Origin: an uncultured Chloroflexia bacterium
GTDB taxonomy: Bacteria > Chloroflexota > Limnocylindria > Limnocylindrales > CSP1-4
DNA: 64,000 bases
Assembly: GCA_963794525.1 (NCBI GenBank)
Contig: CAWCEC010000004.1
Span: forward strand, 81,222-145,221
Reading direction: 5' to 3'
Position 1 is the first letter of the stretch. Each line of letters opens with the position of its first letter. Under the pieces are notes generated by a model. The model saw only the letters and a list, made by a program, of their open reading frames with translations, searched no databases and was not told where the DNA came from. Position numbers and translations under genes: made by a program. Of the stretch, positions 9,687 to 21,185 are shown one piece after another.

Positions 9687-12107
9687 GCTCCACCGCCGAG
9701 GTCGAGGGCCAGGATCGCGGCCTCCACGATGTGGCCGGCATCGATCCCGCTCGATGCGTACAGGTCGGGGATGGCGCCGGATTGTCCGAACGTGTCGACC
9801 CCGAGCGGCACCACGGGAGCCCCGAATACGCCACCGACGAAGCTGAGGGCGTGCGAGGACGCGTCGGCGACGGTGACGATCGGCGCCCGGCGTTCGTCAG
9901 GCGGGATCAACGTCGCGAGATGGCCGACGTCGTCCGGCCGGCCGGTCCGCAGCGCCTGGAGCCGCCCGCCATGCTGCCCGGCGGCAAGCCGCTCGGCCGA
10001 GGTCACCACGATCAGGTTGGCGGCGATCTCCTCCCGATGCAGGATCCGGACGGCCTCGATCGCCTCCGGCACGATCGAGCCCGCCGCGACGACCTCGACG
10101 GTGGGGCTGCCGGCCGGCAGATCCGCGGAGGCCGCCTCGAGGAGCCGGTAGCCACCCGCGAGGACCGCGTCACGCCAGCCGTCGAGGCCCAGCCGCTCCT
10201 CGATCGGCGCGGCCAGCGCCTGGTCGATGGGGCGCGTGCCGAGCCGCAGGTAGGTGGCGAACCCATCGTGTGGATCGAGACATCCCCGGATGCCCTCGAG
10301 GATCGTCCAGACGACCTCCCGGGCGAACACGGGCTCATAGCCACGCAGCCCGGGCAGCTCGATCCCGAGGGACGGCGTCACCGTGGACTGGTGGGCGCCT
10401 CCCTCCGGCGCGAGGGTCACGCCCGAGGGCGTCCCGACCAGGATGAACCGGGACCGGACGTAGAGCGCGTAGATCAGCGCATCCAGGCCGCGGGCGATGA
10501 ACGGGTCGTAGACCGAGCCGATGGGCACGAGCCGTTCGCCGAACAGCTCGCCGGTCAGGCCGAACTGGCTCAGCCACATGAACAGGTTCATCTCGCTGAT
10601 GCCGAGCTCGATGTGGCGTCCGGTGGGACCCAGGGTCCAATCGAGCGGGCGCTTCTCCTCGGCGAGGTCGGGGCCCGTGTCCGGTGCGAACACCCCGGCA
10701 CGATTGATCCAGCCTCCAAGGTTCGTGGAGACGGCCACGTCCGGTGCCGCGGTGACCAGCCGTGGACCCGTCTCGGCGTCCCGGGCGAGAGCCGCCAGGG
10801 TGTCCCCGAACGTCTGCTGCGTACTCGTTCGGGCCGGGATCCGCACATCGGGCGCGGCCAGGACGGGCATGACCGATGGTGCGATGTCGCGCGACGGGTC
10901 GTCGTATCCGAGCTCCTGCCGGCGCCGCTGCGCCAGCCGTCCTTCGGGCGAGCCCTCGGCGGAATCCCGCCCACGGGTCGGTCGGGTCGGCCCCGAGCGG
11001 CTCGCTCAACGCATCGATCTGTTCCGCGCGGAGGAGGGCGGAATGGTTGACGCTGTCGCCGGCGAAGGGCAGCCGCCAGCCCTTGATGGTGTACGCGAAC
11101 AGCACCGTGGGCCTGCCTCGCTCGCGATCGGCCGCACGCAGCGCTCGATCGAGCACGTCCAGGTCGTGACCGCCCAGGTCGGCGAGCAGCCCCGGGAGCT
11201 CGGGATCGGGCACGTCCGCGACCACACGCGCCAGGGCGTCCCGTCGCGATGGCGCCGCTCCGTCCACCAGGCGGGTCCGCGCCTCGTCGCCGGGCCGCCT
11301 GATCAGCACCTGGTATTCCTCGTTCGGCATGTCGTCGATCCGCTCGCGAAGCGCGTCGCCATCGGGCCGTGCGAAGTGCGCCTCCAGCCGGCGTCCGTAC
11401 TTGGCCTCGATCGCATGCCAGCCCGCCGCCGCGAACATCGCCTCCACCCGACGGATGCGGATCCCCGGAACGACCCGATCGAGACTCTGGCGATTCAGGT
11501 CGACGATCATCGTCACGTTCCCGAGCTCGCCCAGGCCCTCCTCGAGGATCGCCTCCCAGACGTTGCCTTCGTCAAGCTCCGCATCGCCGACCAGGGCCAC
11601 GAACCGCCGATCGGGCTGGCTCGCGACGCTCTCGCCGAAATGCGACCGCAGGTAGCGATCGGCCAGGGCGGCGAACATCGGGGCGACCGCCCCGAGGCCC
11701 ACGGAGCCCGTGGAGAAGTCGACCGGATCGGGATCCTTGGTCCGCGACGGATACGACTGCAGGCCGCCGAAGTCACGCAGCCGAAGGAGCATCGACGGGT
11801 CCAGGTTGCCGAGCAGGTACTGGATCGCGTGGTAGGCCGGCGACGCGTGCGGCTTCACCGCGACCAGGTCGCCGGCTCGCAGCCAGCGGAAGTAGAGCGC
11901 GGTCAGGATCGACACGACCGATGCGCTCGACGCCTGGTGCCCGCCGACCTTGATCCCATCGCGGTTCGGGCGGACGTTGTTGGCCTCGTGGATCATCCGG
12001 ATCGCCAGCCACAACACGCGGCGCGCGATCGCGTCCAGGGCCGGATCGTCGGTCCCACTGGCGGGCGATCGTGTCGGCATGTCGGCGACGGCCACTGGCT
12101 GGGTCAC
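9683..12107 (-). CDS. Pyruvate dehydrogenase E1 (AceE-type, transketolase-like ThDP enzyme); frameshifted near 10960
   Basis: KVGGHQASSAS, LQSYP, STGSVGLG, GDAELDEG, LNRQSLD in one frame; ELGISEMN, YDPF, EGGAHQS, LGVDTFGQSG in another. Confidence 0.85.
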
Positions 12108-12153
12108 TCCCTCTGCGCGACGTGGAGGGTCGTCGCATCGTTCGTCCGGTAAT

Positions 12154-12171
12154 TCGGGACGACAGTCCCGA
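12154..12171. promoter_or_regulatory. Inverted repeat TCGGGAC-N4-GTCCCGA, candidate IclR operator
   Basis: Perfect 7-bp arms in the divergent gap between the E1-like gene and the IclR gene, next to an AT-rich -10-like stretch (CATACT). Confidence 0.5.
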
Positions 12172-12193
12172 TATCCTGATACCATACTGTGCC

Positions 12194-13030
12194 ATGACCG
12201 GCATCGCGGGGTCAACGGCGGACGGACGGCGGGGCGACGCTGCCAGGGGACCGATGGCTCGCTGGGTGCGCGTGCTCGAAGCGTTCGCCGAGCAGGGCGA
12301 ATGGGGCGTCCGCGATCTCGCCCGGTCGAGCGGGATCCCGCGCAGCGCCACCCATCGGATCCTCCACGACATGGCCGGCCTCGGCCTGCTGGCCAACACG
12401 GACGAACCCGGTCGCTTCCGGGTCGGACCGGACCTGGCGCGGATCGGCAGTGGTGTGGCGGCCCACCTCGAGGTGCAGCGCGTCGCCCGGCCGATCCTCG
12501 AGGCGACCGCGGCGGCCATCGGCGAGACGATCGTGCTCGCCGTGTACGACCCGCAGCGTCGCCGATTCTCGGCCGTCGATGCCGTCGAGACCGACCACCC
12601 GATCCGCTACCTGTGGGAGTCGCTCCGGGACTGGAGCGAGCTCCATCTCGGCTCGTCGGGCAAGGGGATCCTGGCGTTCCTGCCGTCCGAGGAGCGGGAC
12701 GCGATCATCGATCGCCTGCCCGATCCGATCCCCGGCCGGCGCCCGATCTCCAAGGCTCGCCTGCGCCGTGAGCTCGATGCGGCCCGACGGCGTGGGTACG
12801 TGGTGAGCCACGGCGAGCGCTACGACGGCGCCGTCGGCATCTCCGCGCCGATCCGCGACGCTCGCGGCCGGATCGTCGGCGACCTCATCGCGACCTGGCC
12901 GGACAACCGGACCAGCGCTGCCAAGGAGCGCCGCGCCGGGTCGACCGTCCGCGAGGCGGCCGACGAGCTCTCGCGTCGGCTTGGTTGGGACGACGGGCGC
13001 AGCGCGGCGCAGCCGCGCCCGCGGCCGTGA
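12194..13030 (+). CDS. IclR family transcriptional regulator
   Basis: HTH GVRDLARSSGIPRSATHRIL; effector domain GETIVL, LHLGSSGKGILAF, GISAPIRD. Confidence 0.93.
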   Translation: MTGIAGSTADGRRGDAARGPMARWVRVLEAFAEQGEWGVRDLARSSGIPRSATHRILHDMAGLGLLANTDEPGRFRVGPDLARIGSGVAAHLEVQRVARPILEATAAAIGETIVLAVYDPQRRRFSAVDAVETDHPIRYLWESLRDWSELHLGSSGKGILAFLPSEERDAIIDRLPDPIPGRRPISKARLRRELDAARRRGYVVSHGERYDGAVGISAPIRDARGRIVGDLIATWPDNRTSAAKERRAGSTVREAADELSRRLGWDDGRSAAQPRPRP

Positions 13031-14046
13031 GCCGCCCCATCAGGCTGGGGATCGTCGGCGCGGGGAAGATCGTCCGAGCAGAACACGTGCCGAGGTTCCG
13101 GGCGATCGACGGCGTGGAGCTCGCGCTCGTCGCCAATCGCACGGCGGCGTCCTCGCAGCAGGCTGCCGCCGAGTTGGGCATCGAGCGCTGGGTCGACGAC
13201 TGGCGCGCGCTGGTCGACGACGACGGGATCGATGCCGTCCTGGTCGGTGCCTGGCCCTACCTGCACGCCCCGGTCACGATCGCCGCGCTCGAAGCCGGCA
13301 AACACGTCCTCACGGAGGCGCGCATGGCCGCCACCGCCGACGAGGCGCTGACCATGCTCCGGGTGTCGCGGGCCCACCCGGACCTGGTCGCCATGGTCGT
13401 CCCGGCGTCGTTCTCCCTGTGGGCGGACGCCACCATCAGGCGGCTGCTGGCCGACGGCGCCATCGGGCGCGTTCGCCATCTGCGCCTGACATGGCAGTCG
13501 AGCGGGCCCGACGAGGCGGGCGAAGCGTGGCGCTGGCAACGCCGCTACAGCGGTGAGAACGTCATGTCGTTGGGGATCGTGTACGAGGCGATCGCCCGCT
13601 GGCTCGGTCAGGCGACGTCGGTGACGGCCGTGACCTCCTACCCGGCGCCCACCGGCGACGTCGCGATCGACGTTCCCGACCACGTGCTCGCGATCCTGGA
13701 GTTCCCCGACGACGTCACGGCCTCGATCGAGATGTCCGCTCGAACGCAGCCGCCCGCCTCGAACACCGCGACGATCTTCGGGTCGGAGGGCACGATCGAG
13801 ATCGACTTCGGGGCCCAGCGGATCCGTCGCGCCCCTGCCGACGGCGAGTGGGCAGACGTCGAGGTCCGCGACGAGGACCGGGCGGGCTGGACCGCCGAGA
13901 TCGACTTCGTGGCATCGATCCGCGATGGACGCCCGGTGACGTTGACCGACTTCGCCACCGGCGCGCACTACATGGCCGTCGTCGAGGCGATCGATCGGTC
14001 TGCCGCCAAGGGCGGTCGTGAGCCGGTCCGGGCGATCGAAGCGTGA
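13027..14046 (+). CDS. Gfo/Idh/MocA oxidoreductase
   Basis: GIVGAG, ALEAGKHVLTEARMA (variant of EKP); GTGA overlap with IclR. Confidence 0.88.
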   Translation: MSRPIRLGIVGAGKIVRAEHVPRFRAIDGVELALVANRTAASSQQAAAELGIERWVDDWRALVDDDGIDAVLVGAWPYLHAPVTIAALEAGKHVLTEARMAATADEALTMLRVSRAHPDLVAMVVPASFSLWADATIRRLLADGAIGRVRHLRLTWQSSGPDEAGEAWRWQRRYSGENVMSLGIVYEAIARWLGQATSVTAVTSYPAPTGDVAIDVPDHVLAILEFPDDVTASIEMSARTQPPASNTATIFGSEGTIEIDFGAQRIRRAPADGEWADVEVRDEDRAGWTAEIDFVASIRDGRPVTLTDFATGAHYMAVVEAIDRSAAKGGREPVRAIEA

Positions 14047-14900
14047 CGACGGTGCTCGACTTCTCGCGGTCCACGATGACGTTCCGGATCGACATCGACA
14101 AGATCCCGCCGCGGACGCTCAGCCACCGGCCGCCCTACCCGATGAACAACGCCCGGGTCGTGCTCGACTGCCGCTGCCGGATCACGGAGCGGACGAGCGG
14201 CCGCACCCACACGATCGTGCTCGGGGCGAGCTGCAAGACGGAACGCGTCGGCGCCGACGCGGACCTGTGGCTGGTGCCGAACGGCGACTTCATCCCGATC
14301 TTCTCCGACGACGAGTTCATGCACATCAAGACGTTCGCGCGGGCGGGCATGGTCTCGCAGCTCGAGTCGCCGGGCTGCGGCGAACAACCCGACCGACTTC
14401 GGGTCCCGATCGAGGGGACCTTCGAGCGGGTCCACCTCGACCTCGTCGAGCGCGAGGGCGAACGGCTGGAGGGTGCCACGGCGATCGTCGAGGCGGTGCT
14501 GGCCAACGACCGCCTGATCGGGATCCATCGCTTCGAGTCGGACCGCTACCGCGTCGAGATCGAATACCCGGTCAAGACCATCAATGCCAACGAGCGCGAG
14601 TGGGTCTACCAGACCGATACCGGTCCGATCCTCTTCCCGGATCTCGACTGCGATCCGGCCGAGCTCCTGTCGCGGCTGGAGCTCGCCTTCACGGCCGCCA
14701 ACGATCCGAGCTGGGCGGAATTCATCGTCCGCGTTCCGACGCGGATCGCCGACGACGTGGACGTCTACCACTACTCGAAGGCCGTCCGCCTGGACGACAT
14801 CGTCAACGAGTTCTACCGGATCAGCGAGGACGGTCCGGTCACCTCTCGTCGCGTCGAGTTGCCGGCCCGCGCATCGGGCGCAGCAGGAGGATCCGCATGA
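14043..14900 (+). CDS. Hypothetical protein (285 aa)
   Basis: Codon usage like its neighbours; GTGA and ATGA overlaps with both flanking genes; no motif I recognise. Confidence 0.8.
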   Translation: MTTVLDFSRSTMTFRIDIDKIPPRTLSHRPPYPMNNARVVLDCRCRITERTSGRTHTIVLGASCKTERVGADADLWLVPNGDFIPIFSDDEFMHIKTFARAGMVSQLESPGCGEQPDRLRVPIEGTFERVHLDLVEREGERLEGATAIVEAVLANDRLIGIHRFESDRYRVEIEYPVKTINANEREWVYQTDTGPILFPDLDCDPAELLSRLELAFTAANDPSWAEFIVRVPTRIADDVDVYHYSKAVRLDDIVNEFYRISEDGPVTSRRVELPARASGAAGGSA

Positions 14901-16024
14901 AGATCACCGGCATCGAGTCCCGGGTCATCGGCTACGACATCGCCGAGGCATGGGGCGAAGGCGTCATGCCGGAGGCCATCACCTCGACCTGGTACGAGTA
15001 CTCGTTCGACACGTTCCAGACCGACGAGGGCGTCGTCGGCTACACGATGCAGAACGCCAACCTGCGCGATGGCGCCGCCGTCGTCCACGTGCTCCACGAC
15101 CTGTATGCGCCGCAGGTCATCGGCGAGGACCCGCTCCAAAGCGAGGCGCTGTGGACCAAGCTGCGGCGGCTGAATCGTCACGCCTACAACCTGTCGGACT
15201 CGATCGCCGGGGCCATCGATGTCGCGGTCTGGGACATCCGGGGCAAGGTGGCGGGCCTGCCGATCGCCACGATGCTGGGGCTGGCGCGCGAGAGGATCCC
15301 GGCCTACGCCACGGCCCGCAACGTCGAGCCCAGCCCGGAAGACGTCTTCAAGGAGGCGCAGGAGCGCAAGGCCCAGGGCTACCACGCGTTCAAGATCCAG
15401 TTCTGGGACGGCCTCGATCGCGACGTCCCGCGTTTCCGGGCGGCGCGCGAGGCGGTCGGCGACGACTACCCGCTGATGCAGGATGCGGCCGGCATGTACA
15501 GCTACACCCAGGCGATCGAGGCCGGCAGGGTCCTCGGCGATCTCGGCTACACCTGGTTCGAGGAGCCGATCCCCGACCGCAACCTGTTCCAGCTCAAGCG
15601 CTTGACCGACCAGCTCGCGGTGCCGATCCTCGCCGGCGAGACGTCACGCGTCCACGAGCTCGCCGAAGGCATGCGGATGGGCGCGTTCGACATCGCCCGC
15701 GGCGACGTGCTGATGAAGGAGGGCATCACCGGTCTGCGCAAGGCGGTCGGGATGGCCGAACTCCTGGGCTTCGACCTCGAGGTCCACGGCATCAACCAGC
15801 CGTTGCTGGATGTCGCGAACCTCCACGTGGCGCTGTCGATGCCGAACTGCCGCTGGTCCGAGACGTTCCACCCGATCTACTACCGGGGCCTCAAGGGCGG
15901 CCCGCTCGACATCGATGCGGAAGGGTACAAGCACCTGCCACCCGGTCCGGGCCTCGGCGTCGAGCTCGACTGGGACTGGATCGACGACAACACGCAGGAG
16001 GTCGTGCGCACCCCGGCGGCCTAG
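14897..16024 (+). CDS. Mandelate racemase/muconate lactonizing enzyme (enolase superfamily)
   Basis: AGGAGG RBS; AIDVAVWDIRGK, FKIQ, metal ligands QD/FEEP/GE, EVH, PGPGLGVELD. Confidence 0.92.
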   Translation: MKITGIESRVIGYDIAEAWGEGVMPEAITSTWYEYSFDTFQTDEGVVGYTMQNANLRDGAAVVHVLHDLYAPQVIGEDPLQSEALWTKLRRLNRHAYNLSDSIAGAIDVAVWDIRGKVAGLPIATMLGLARERIPAYATARNVEPSPEDVFKEAQERKAQGYHAFKIQFWDGLDRDVPRFRAAREAVGDDYPLMQDAAGMYSYTQAIEAGRVLGDLGYTWFEEPIPDRNLFQLKRLTDQLAVPILAGETSRVHELAEGMRMGAFDIARGDVLMKEGITGLRKAVGMAELLGFDLEVHGINQPLLDVANLHVALSMPNCRWSETFHPIYYRGLKGGPLDIDAEGYKHLPPGPGLGVELDWDWIDDNTQEVVRTPAA

Positions 16025-16038
16025 CGGGATCGCGCGAG

Positions 16039-17056
16039 CTACAGGCGGATGACGGCGTCTTCCTGCCATGACCGCAGGGCACCGGTCGCCATGGCCACGG
16101 CGATCAGGCCGTCCTCGCCGGTGATGGCCGGCGGCCGGGCGTCCCGAACGGCCTCGACGAGGTCGCGGACCTGATCGGCGAACCCGCGGCGGAAGTAGGG
16201 CGCATGCTCGTCCCAGGTCGTGTTGGCGTCGGTGAACCGTTCGTCGCGATAGACCGCTTCGCGGGTGTCGCCACGGAGGAGGTCGACGCCACCGTAGGCG
16301 TGGACATCGACGACCGCCTCGGACCCGATGACGGTGTAGTGGGCGCGTTCGGTTGCCGCGGTGCCCGGGATCTCGTACGACATGAAGAGGTCGGCCAGTA
16401 CGCCACCCGGGAAACTGGAACGTCGCCATCCCGGTCAGATCGGGCATGTCCGTCCGGCGCGACGCGAAGCGCGCCACGACGAGCTCCGGCTCGCGCCCGG
16501 CATACCAGCGCACGATGTCGCAGCCGTGGCTGCCCCAGTCGAGCCACGCTCCGCCCTCGCGTGGATCGAGCGGCCAGCCGGTATTGGGGTAGCCGGGGAA
16601 CAAGCGGTGGACGTGGATCGCGATGGGTTCGCCGGCCTTGCCCTCGGCGACGAGGTCGTGGCCCACCCGGACTGCTTCGAGCCAGCGCGAGATCTTGGCG
16701 AGGCTGAGGTAGACACCCGCAGCAGCGCAGGCGTCGATCATCTGCTGGCATTCCTCGACGGTCAGGCCCATCGGCTTCTCGAGGATGATGTGTTTGCCTG
16801 CGGCGGCCGCCGCGAGGACGTTGGGGAGGTGCGCCGTGTGCGGTGTCGCGATCACGACGGCGTCGATATCCTGGCGAGCCAGCAAGGCCTCGATCGACGG
16901 CTCCGTCTCCGCGCCGAATTCGGCTGCCAGCGCCGGTGCGCGCGTGCCGCTCGTCACGGCCGCAAGCCGGGCGGCGCCGGGTTCTTGCTCGGTGATCGCG
17001 ACGGCGTGGATATGGGCCATTTGACCGGCCCCGATCATCCCGAAGCTGACCGTCAT
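16039..17056 (-). CDS. Gfo/Idh/MocA oxidoreductase; frameshifted near 16410
   Basis: GMIGAG, ATPHTAH, GKHIILEKPM, GGAWLDWGSH; the C-terminus continues in the 16039-16383 frame. Confidence 0.88.
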
Positions 17057-17080
17057 GGAAGACCCTCACGCTTGGCGCCA

Positions 17081-17092
17081 ATTGTCGACAAT
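17081..17092. promoter_or_regulatory. GntR-type operator ATTGTCGACAAT
   Basis: Perfect 12-bp palindrome in a divergent gap; overlaps a minus-strand TATATT (-10-like). Confidence 0.8.
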
Positions 17093-17163
17093 ATACCGCT
17101 CGGGCGGCGAGCGGATGCGCGTGGCAGCATGTCTTGCAGGCTCCAACGTGGAGGATGACGCCG

Positions 17164-18532
17164 ATGGGCGTGACCGGCGGACCAGGCGATCCGGTCGACG
17201 TGCTCGTTTGCGGCGCCGGCATGGCCGGGTTGTGCGCGGCAGCCAGCGCGGTCCAGGCCGGAGTCCGTCCGCTCGTGATCGAGAAGGGCCAGGCGCCCGG
17301 CGGATCGATGCGGATGTCCGGCGGCACGATCTGGACGGCCCCGAGCATGCCCGTCATGGAGACCTGGGTCCCCGCGGGAGACCGTGAGCGCCAGCGGCGG
17401 CTCGTGGATTGCATCGAACCAGGGCTGGTGTGGCTGGAATCGCTAGGCGTCGTGCGGAAGATGCCGATCGCGAGCGATCGACAAGTGGGAGCCGAAGTCG
17501 AACCCGGCGACCTGACCGATCGCCTCGTCGCTGCGATCACCTCGTGGGGTGGGCGGCTCGTCACGGATACGGCGCTCGAGGCCATCGAACGTGGCGACGG
17601 CGCGACGGACCCGTTCACGGTGACCGTTGCCGACGCCGGCGGAGGTCGCCGCACGATTCGGGCCCGTTCGGTCGTCCTCGCCACGGGCGGCTTCGGTGGT
17701 GGGCCCGACCTCCTGACCCGGTACGTCAGCCCCTTCGCCGACTCGATGCTCCTTCGTGCGAACCCGAACAGCGCCGGGGACGGATTGCTGGCGGCCATTG
17801 GGGCCGGAGCGCGGACCTCGCCGTCGATGTCGACCTTCTACGGCCACACGATGCCGGGCCTTCCGGCGGACGTGCCACCGGACCGATGGGTTTCGGTCAC
17901 GCAGTACTACACGCAGGACGCGATCCTCGTGAACGCACGTGGCGAGCGGTTCTTCGACGAGAGCCGATCCATGGCGGACGAAACCGCGCCGTTCGAGATC
18001 GTCCGCCAGCCGGGCGGCAAGGCATGGCTGGTGATGGATCGAAGGATCCACGACGACGAGCCGCTCGCGGGTCGGTCGCCGTGCCCGGGCTCGCGAGGCC
18101 TACGCGAACGCCGTCGCGGCCGGCGCCCCGAACGTGACCGCCGACACGCTCGACGGGCTCGCGGACGGGCTGGCGGCGCTTGGTGTCGAGCGGTCCGGAT
18201 TCCTGGCCACGATCCAAGCGTTCGGACGGGCGGCGGCCGCTGGGACCGCCGCGCAACTCCCCGTCCCCCGCCGACGAGCGGCATTCGGTCTGGTCGAGCC
18301 ACCGTTCCGGGCGCTGGGCGTCCGCCCCGGGATCACCTTCACGCTCGGAGGCATCGATGTCGACAGCGACCTGCGCGTGCTCGACGACGACGGTCGACCG
18401 ATCCCGGGCTTGTACGCAGCCGGCGCCGATGCGGGGGGGACGTACGACGGTGGGTACATGGGTGGGCTCGTGCTGGGCCTGGTCCAGGGACGGGCGGTCG
18501 GACGGGCGCTGGCCGGCCTGGCCGGACCGTAG
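17164..18532 (+). CDS. FAD-dependent oxidoreductase (FAD_binding_2, fumarate reductase/TcuA-like flavoprotein); frameshifted near 18085
   Basis: GAGMAG, IEK..PGGS..SGG, LATGGFGG, GDG, VNARGERFFDE, TFTLGGIDVD, IPGLYAAG. Confidence 0.87.
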
Positions 18533-18544
18533 GAGGAGGCGTGC

Positions 18545-18970
18545 ATGAACGAGCCAGGTGAGCCGCGGGTCTTCCACTTGGCCGATGTGCTGATCGGGGC
18601 CAACGATCCGACCTCGCGCTCTGCGCGGATCGTGACTCCCGAAACGACGGGTTCTGAGCGGCTCTACGCCGGAATGTTCTGGAGCGAGCCCGGATCACGC
18701 GGCGGCTGGTCGTTCCGGGGCGACGACCCCGACGAGGGCCGGACGCTCGATGGCATCCCGCACCTCGGCTCCCACGATGAAGTCTATCTCTGCCTCCGCG
18801 GCAGGGTCAGGGTCACGTGGGAGGGTGGCGCGTTCGAATTCGGCGCAACCGACGTCGTCTACTTCGCGGCCGGCCATACCTATCGGACCGAGGTCGTCGG
18901 CGACGAGGCGGTCCAGGTGTTCTATGTGATGGGCCCGGCGCCACGATGGATGACCACGCTCGAGACGTAG
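18545..18970 (+). CDS. Cupin-domain protein
   Basis: AGGAGG RBS; PG...H....DEVYLCLRG and DVVYFAAGHTY cupin motifs. Confidence 0.75.
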   Translation: MNEPGEPRVFHLADVLIGANDPTSRSARIVTPETTGSERLYAGMFWSEPGSRGGWSFRGDDPDEGRTLDGIPHLGSHDEVYLCLRGRVRVTWEGGAFEFGATDVVYFAAGHTYRTEVVGDEAVQVFYVMGPAPRWMTTLET

Positions 18971-19015
18971 GCCGTCAACGCCGATCGCGCGGCCTGACCT
19001 TGCCCTCGGCGCTCG

Positions 19016-19816
19016 CTAGACGGTGGCGGACCCCTCCGCGGCGGCCGCGCCGCGGGCGAGTGCAAGCTCGGTGCGACCGCCCTCCGTGATCAGTCCGAGC
19101 TCGTTGGCGACCGTCACCATCAGGAAGCCTTGCTCGAGATAGCGCCGCGCGGTGCGCCCGTCACCGGTATGGATCCCGGGCGCCACGCCGTGGCGACGGC
19201 AGGCAGTCAGGACGGCAGCGATCGCGTCCGCGTGCGTCGTCGCCTCCGCCGGTGTCCAGTCTTCCGACCAGGCCGACATCCCGAGACCGAGACCGAGATC
19301 GCCGGGTCCGATGTAGACCGCATCGACGCCCGGCGTCGCGGCGATCGCGTCGACGTTCCGGAGGCCCTCGGCGGTCTCGACCATGACCACGCAGGCGGCC
19401 TCGTCGAGCCCCTCGAGTCGCCTGGACGCCCGTGCCAGTGGTCCGCGCAGCGCTCCCACGGAACGCCCGCCACGTGGCGGGTAGTGGCACGCCGCGGCCG
19501 CGCGCGATGCTTCGTCCGGATTCCCGACCATCGGCACGACGATCGCGACGGCTCCGACATCGAGGGCCTTGCCGATCTGCGCGAAATCGTTGGCCGGGAC
19601 GCGGGTCGTGGGCGCCGCGCCGCGCAGCTCGATCGCACGGAACACGCCCGCCAGGCTCGTGCCGCCCGCCATGCCGTGTTGCTGGTCGACACAGATCTCG
19701 TCGAACCCGCACGAGGCCAGGTACTCGCCGATCTGCGGGTCGGCGGTCGTGAGCCAGCCACCGAGACTTGGTCTGCCCGAATGCCACAGCTCGAGCAGCG
19801 GGTTGACCGAGGCCAT
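19016..19816 (-). CDS. HpcH/HpaI class II pyruvate aldolase
   Basis: GFD.ICVDQQHG, RVPAND, ALDVGA..IVVPMV, YPPRGGRS, MVET, YIGPGDL; GGAGG RBS. Confidence 0.92.
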   Translation of the reverse strand: MASVNPLLELWHSGRPSLGGWLTTADPQIGEYLASCGFDEICVDQQHGMAGGTSLAGVFRAIELRGAAPTTRVPANDFAQIGKALDVGAVAIVVPMVGNPDEASRAAAACHYPPRGGRSVGALRGPLARASRRLEGLDEAACVVMVETAEGLRNVDAIAATPGVDAVYIGPGDLGLGLGMSAWSEDWTPAEATTHADAIAAVLTACRRHGVAPGIHTGDGRTARRYLEQGFLMVTVANELGLITEGGRTELALARGAAAAEGSATV

Positions 19817-19869
19817 GGGCGTCCTCCGGTGGCTGCCGTCCGGGGACGGCGACGGTGGGTGCGTCGATG

Positions 19870-19885
19870 TAGATTGTCTACAATC
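19870..19885. promoter_or_regulatory. GntR-type operator TAGATTGTCTACAATC
   Basis: Near-perfect copy of the 26505 palindrome in the aldolase/MFS divergent gap. Confidence 0.8.
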
Positions 19886-19920
19886 GGTGATGATACGCGG
19901 AGGCGACCGCCGTTTCCCCC

Positions 19921-21185
19921 TTGGATGCATTCCCCGCCCTGCGAGTGGCGTCGTACCGGCGGCTGCTGGTCGCGCTGACGATCTGCCAGCTCGGCCTCCA
20001 CGCCTTCGAGACCGCCCTCTTCTGGACGGCCCTCGAGCGCACGGGGTCCGCCCTGCTCGTCGGTCTGTTGCTGGCCAGCCTGGTCGTGCCCGTCCTCGTG
20101 CTGACCGTGCCGGTCGGCCTGCTGGTGGATCGATTCGGTCCGCGCCGGCTGCTCCTCCCGGCGGCGTGCGTGGCGGCGGGCGGCTTGGGGCTCGCCACCG
20201 TCGTCCTGGCCTCGACCGACCTCGGGTTCGGATCGGCGCTGCTGCTCGCGCTGGCGGAGGGTGCCTTCTTCGCGTGCTGGGCCATCCCCGCGCAGGTGCT
20301 CGGCAGTCGCATCGTCGATCGCGACCAGATGCCCAGCGCCATCGGCCTGTCCGCCCTGCCGTCAGGCATCGGCTCGTCGTTCGGCGGCCTGCTGCGGCGG
20401 GTTGGTCCTGCAGGCCGCTGGTCTGGTGCCCGTCTTCGCGCTTGCGACCGGCTGCCTCGCGGTCACGGCGATCATCATCGTCGGGCTGCCCAACCTGCCC
20501 GGGTTCGGACCGGGCGCCGGGCGGACGCTGATCGTGGGTCAGCTCAGCGATGCCTTCACGTGGGCACGGCTGACACCGATCGCGCTCGCCGTCATCGCGC
20601 TGGGCGCCGCAGCCGGCTTCTTCCTGATGAGCCGATTCGGGCTCGTGCCGGTGCTGGTCCGCGATGGGCTCCAGGCGGGACCGGCTGCCCTGGGGCTGAT
20701 GACGATGGCCGGCGGCATCGGGTCGATCGCTGGGGACGGTCGTGACGGATGCCACGGGCCGGCGGCTTCGCCGCGGACGTGTGCTGCTCGGGGCGCTCGG
20801 TGTGTCGGGACTGAGCCTCGCACTGCTCGGGATCGCGCCGCATCTCACGGTCGCCCTGGCGTTCGGTGGGCTCGTCACGATGGCGATGATCATCTACAAC
20901 GTCACCTCGATGACCCTCCTCCAGGTGCTCGCGCCGCCGCGCATGCGCGGGCGGATCCTCGCCATCTACGATCTCGTGCGTCTCGGGGTCGTCCCGCTCG
21001 GCAGTCTCGCCGCGGGGTTGCTCGTGCCGATCGTGGGCGTGGCGGGCGTCTTCGTCGCGTTCGGCGGGTTCGTGCTGGTCGCCGTCGCCGTGGCTACCGT
21101 CGCCTGCCGGCCGCTGGTCGCCCTCGACCTGGAGGACGCGATCGCGCGGTCCGGGAGGCTGATCGGCGACTCGCCGACCGGCTAG
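19921..21185 (+). CDS. MFS transporter; frameshifted near 20395 and 20735
   Basis: GLLVDRFGPRR motif A, hydrophobic helices across three frames, LLQVLAPPRMRGR; resembles 403-1770. Confidence 0.83.
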
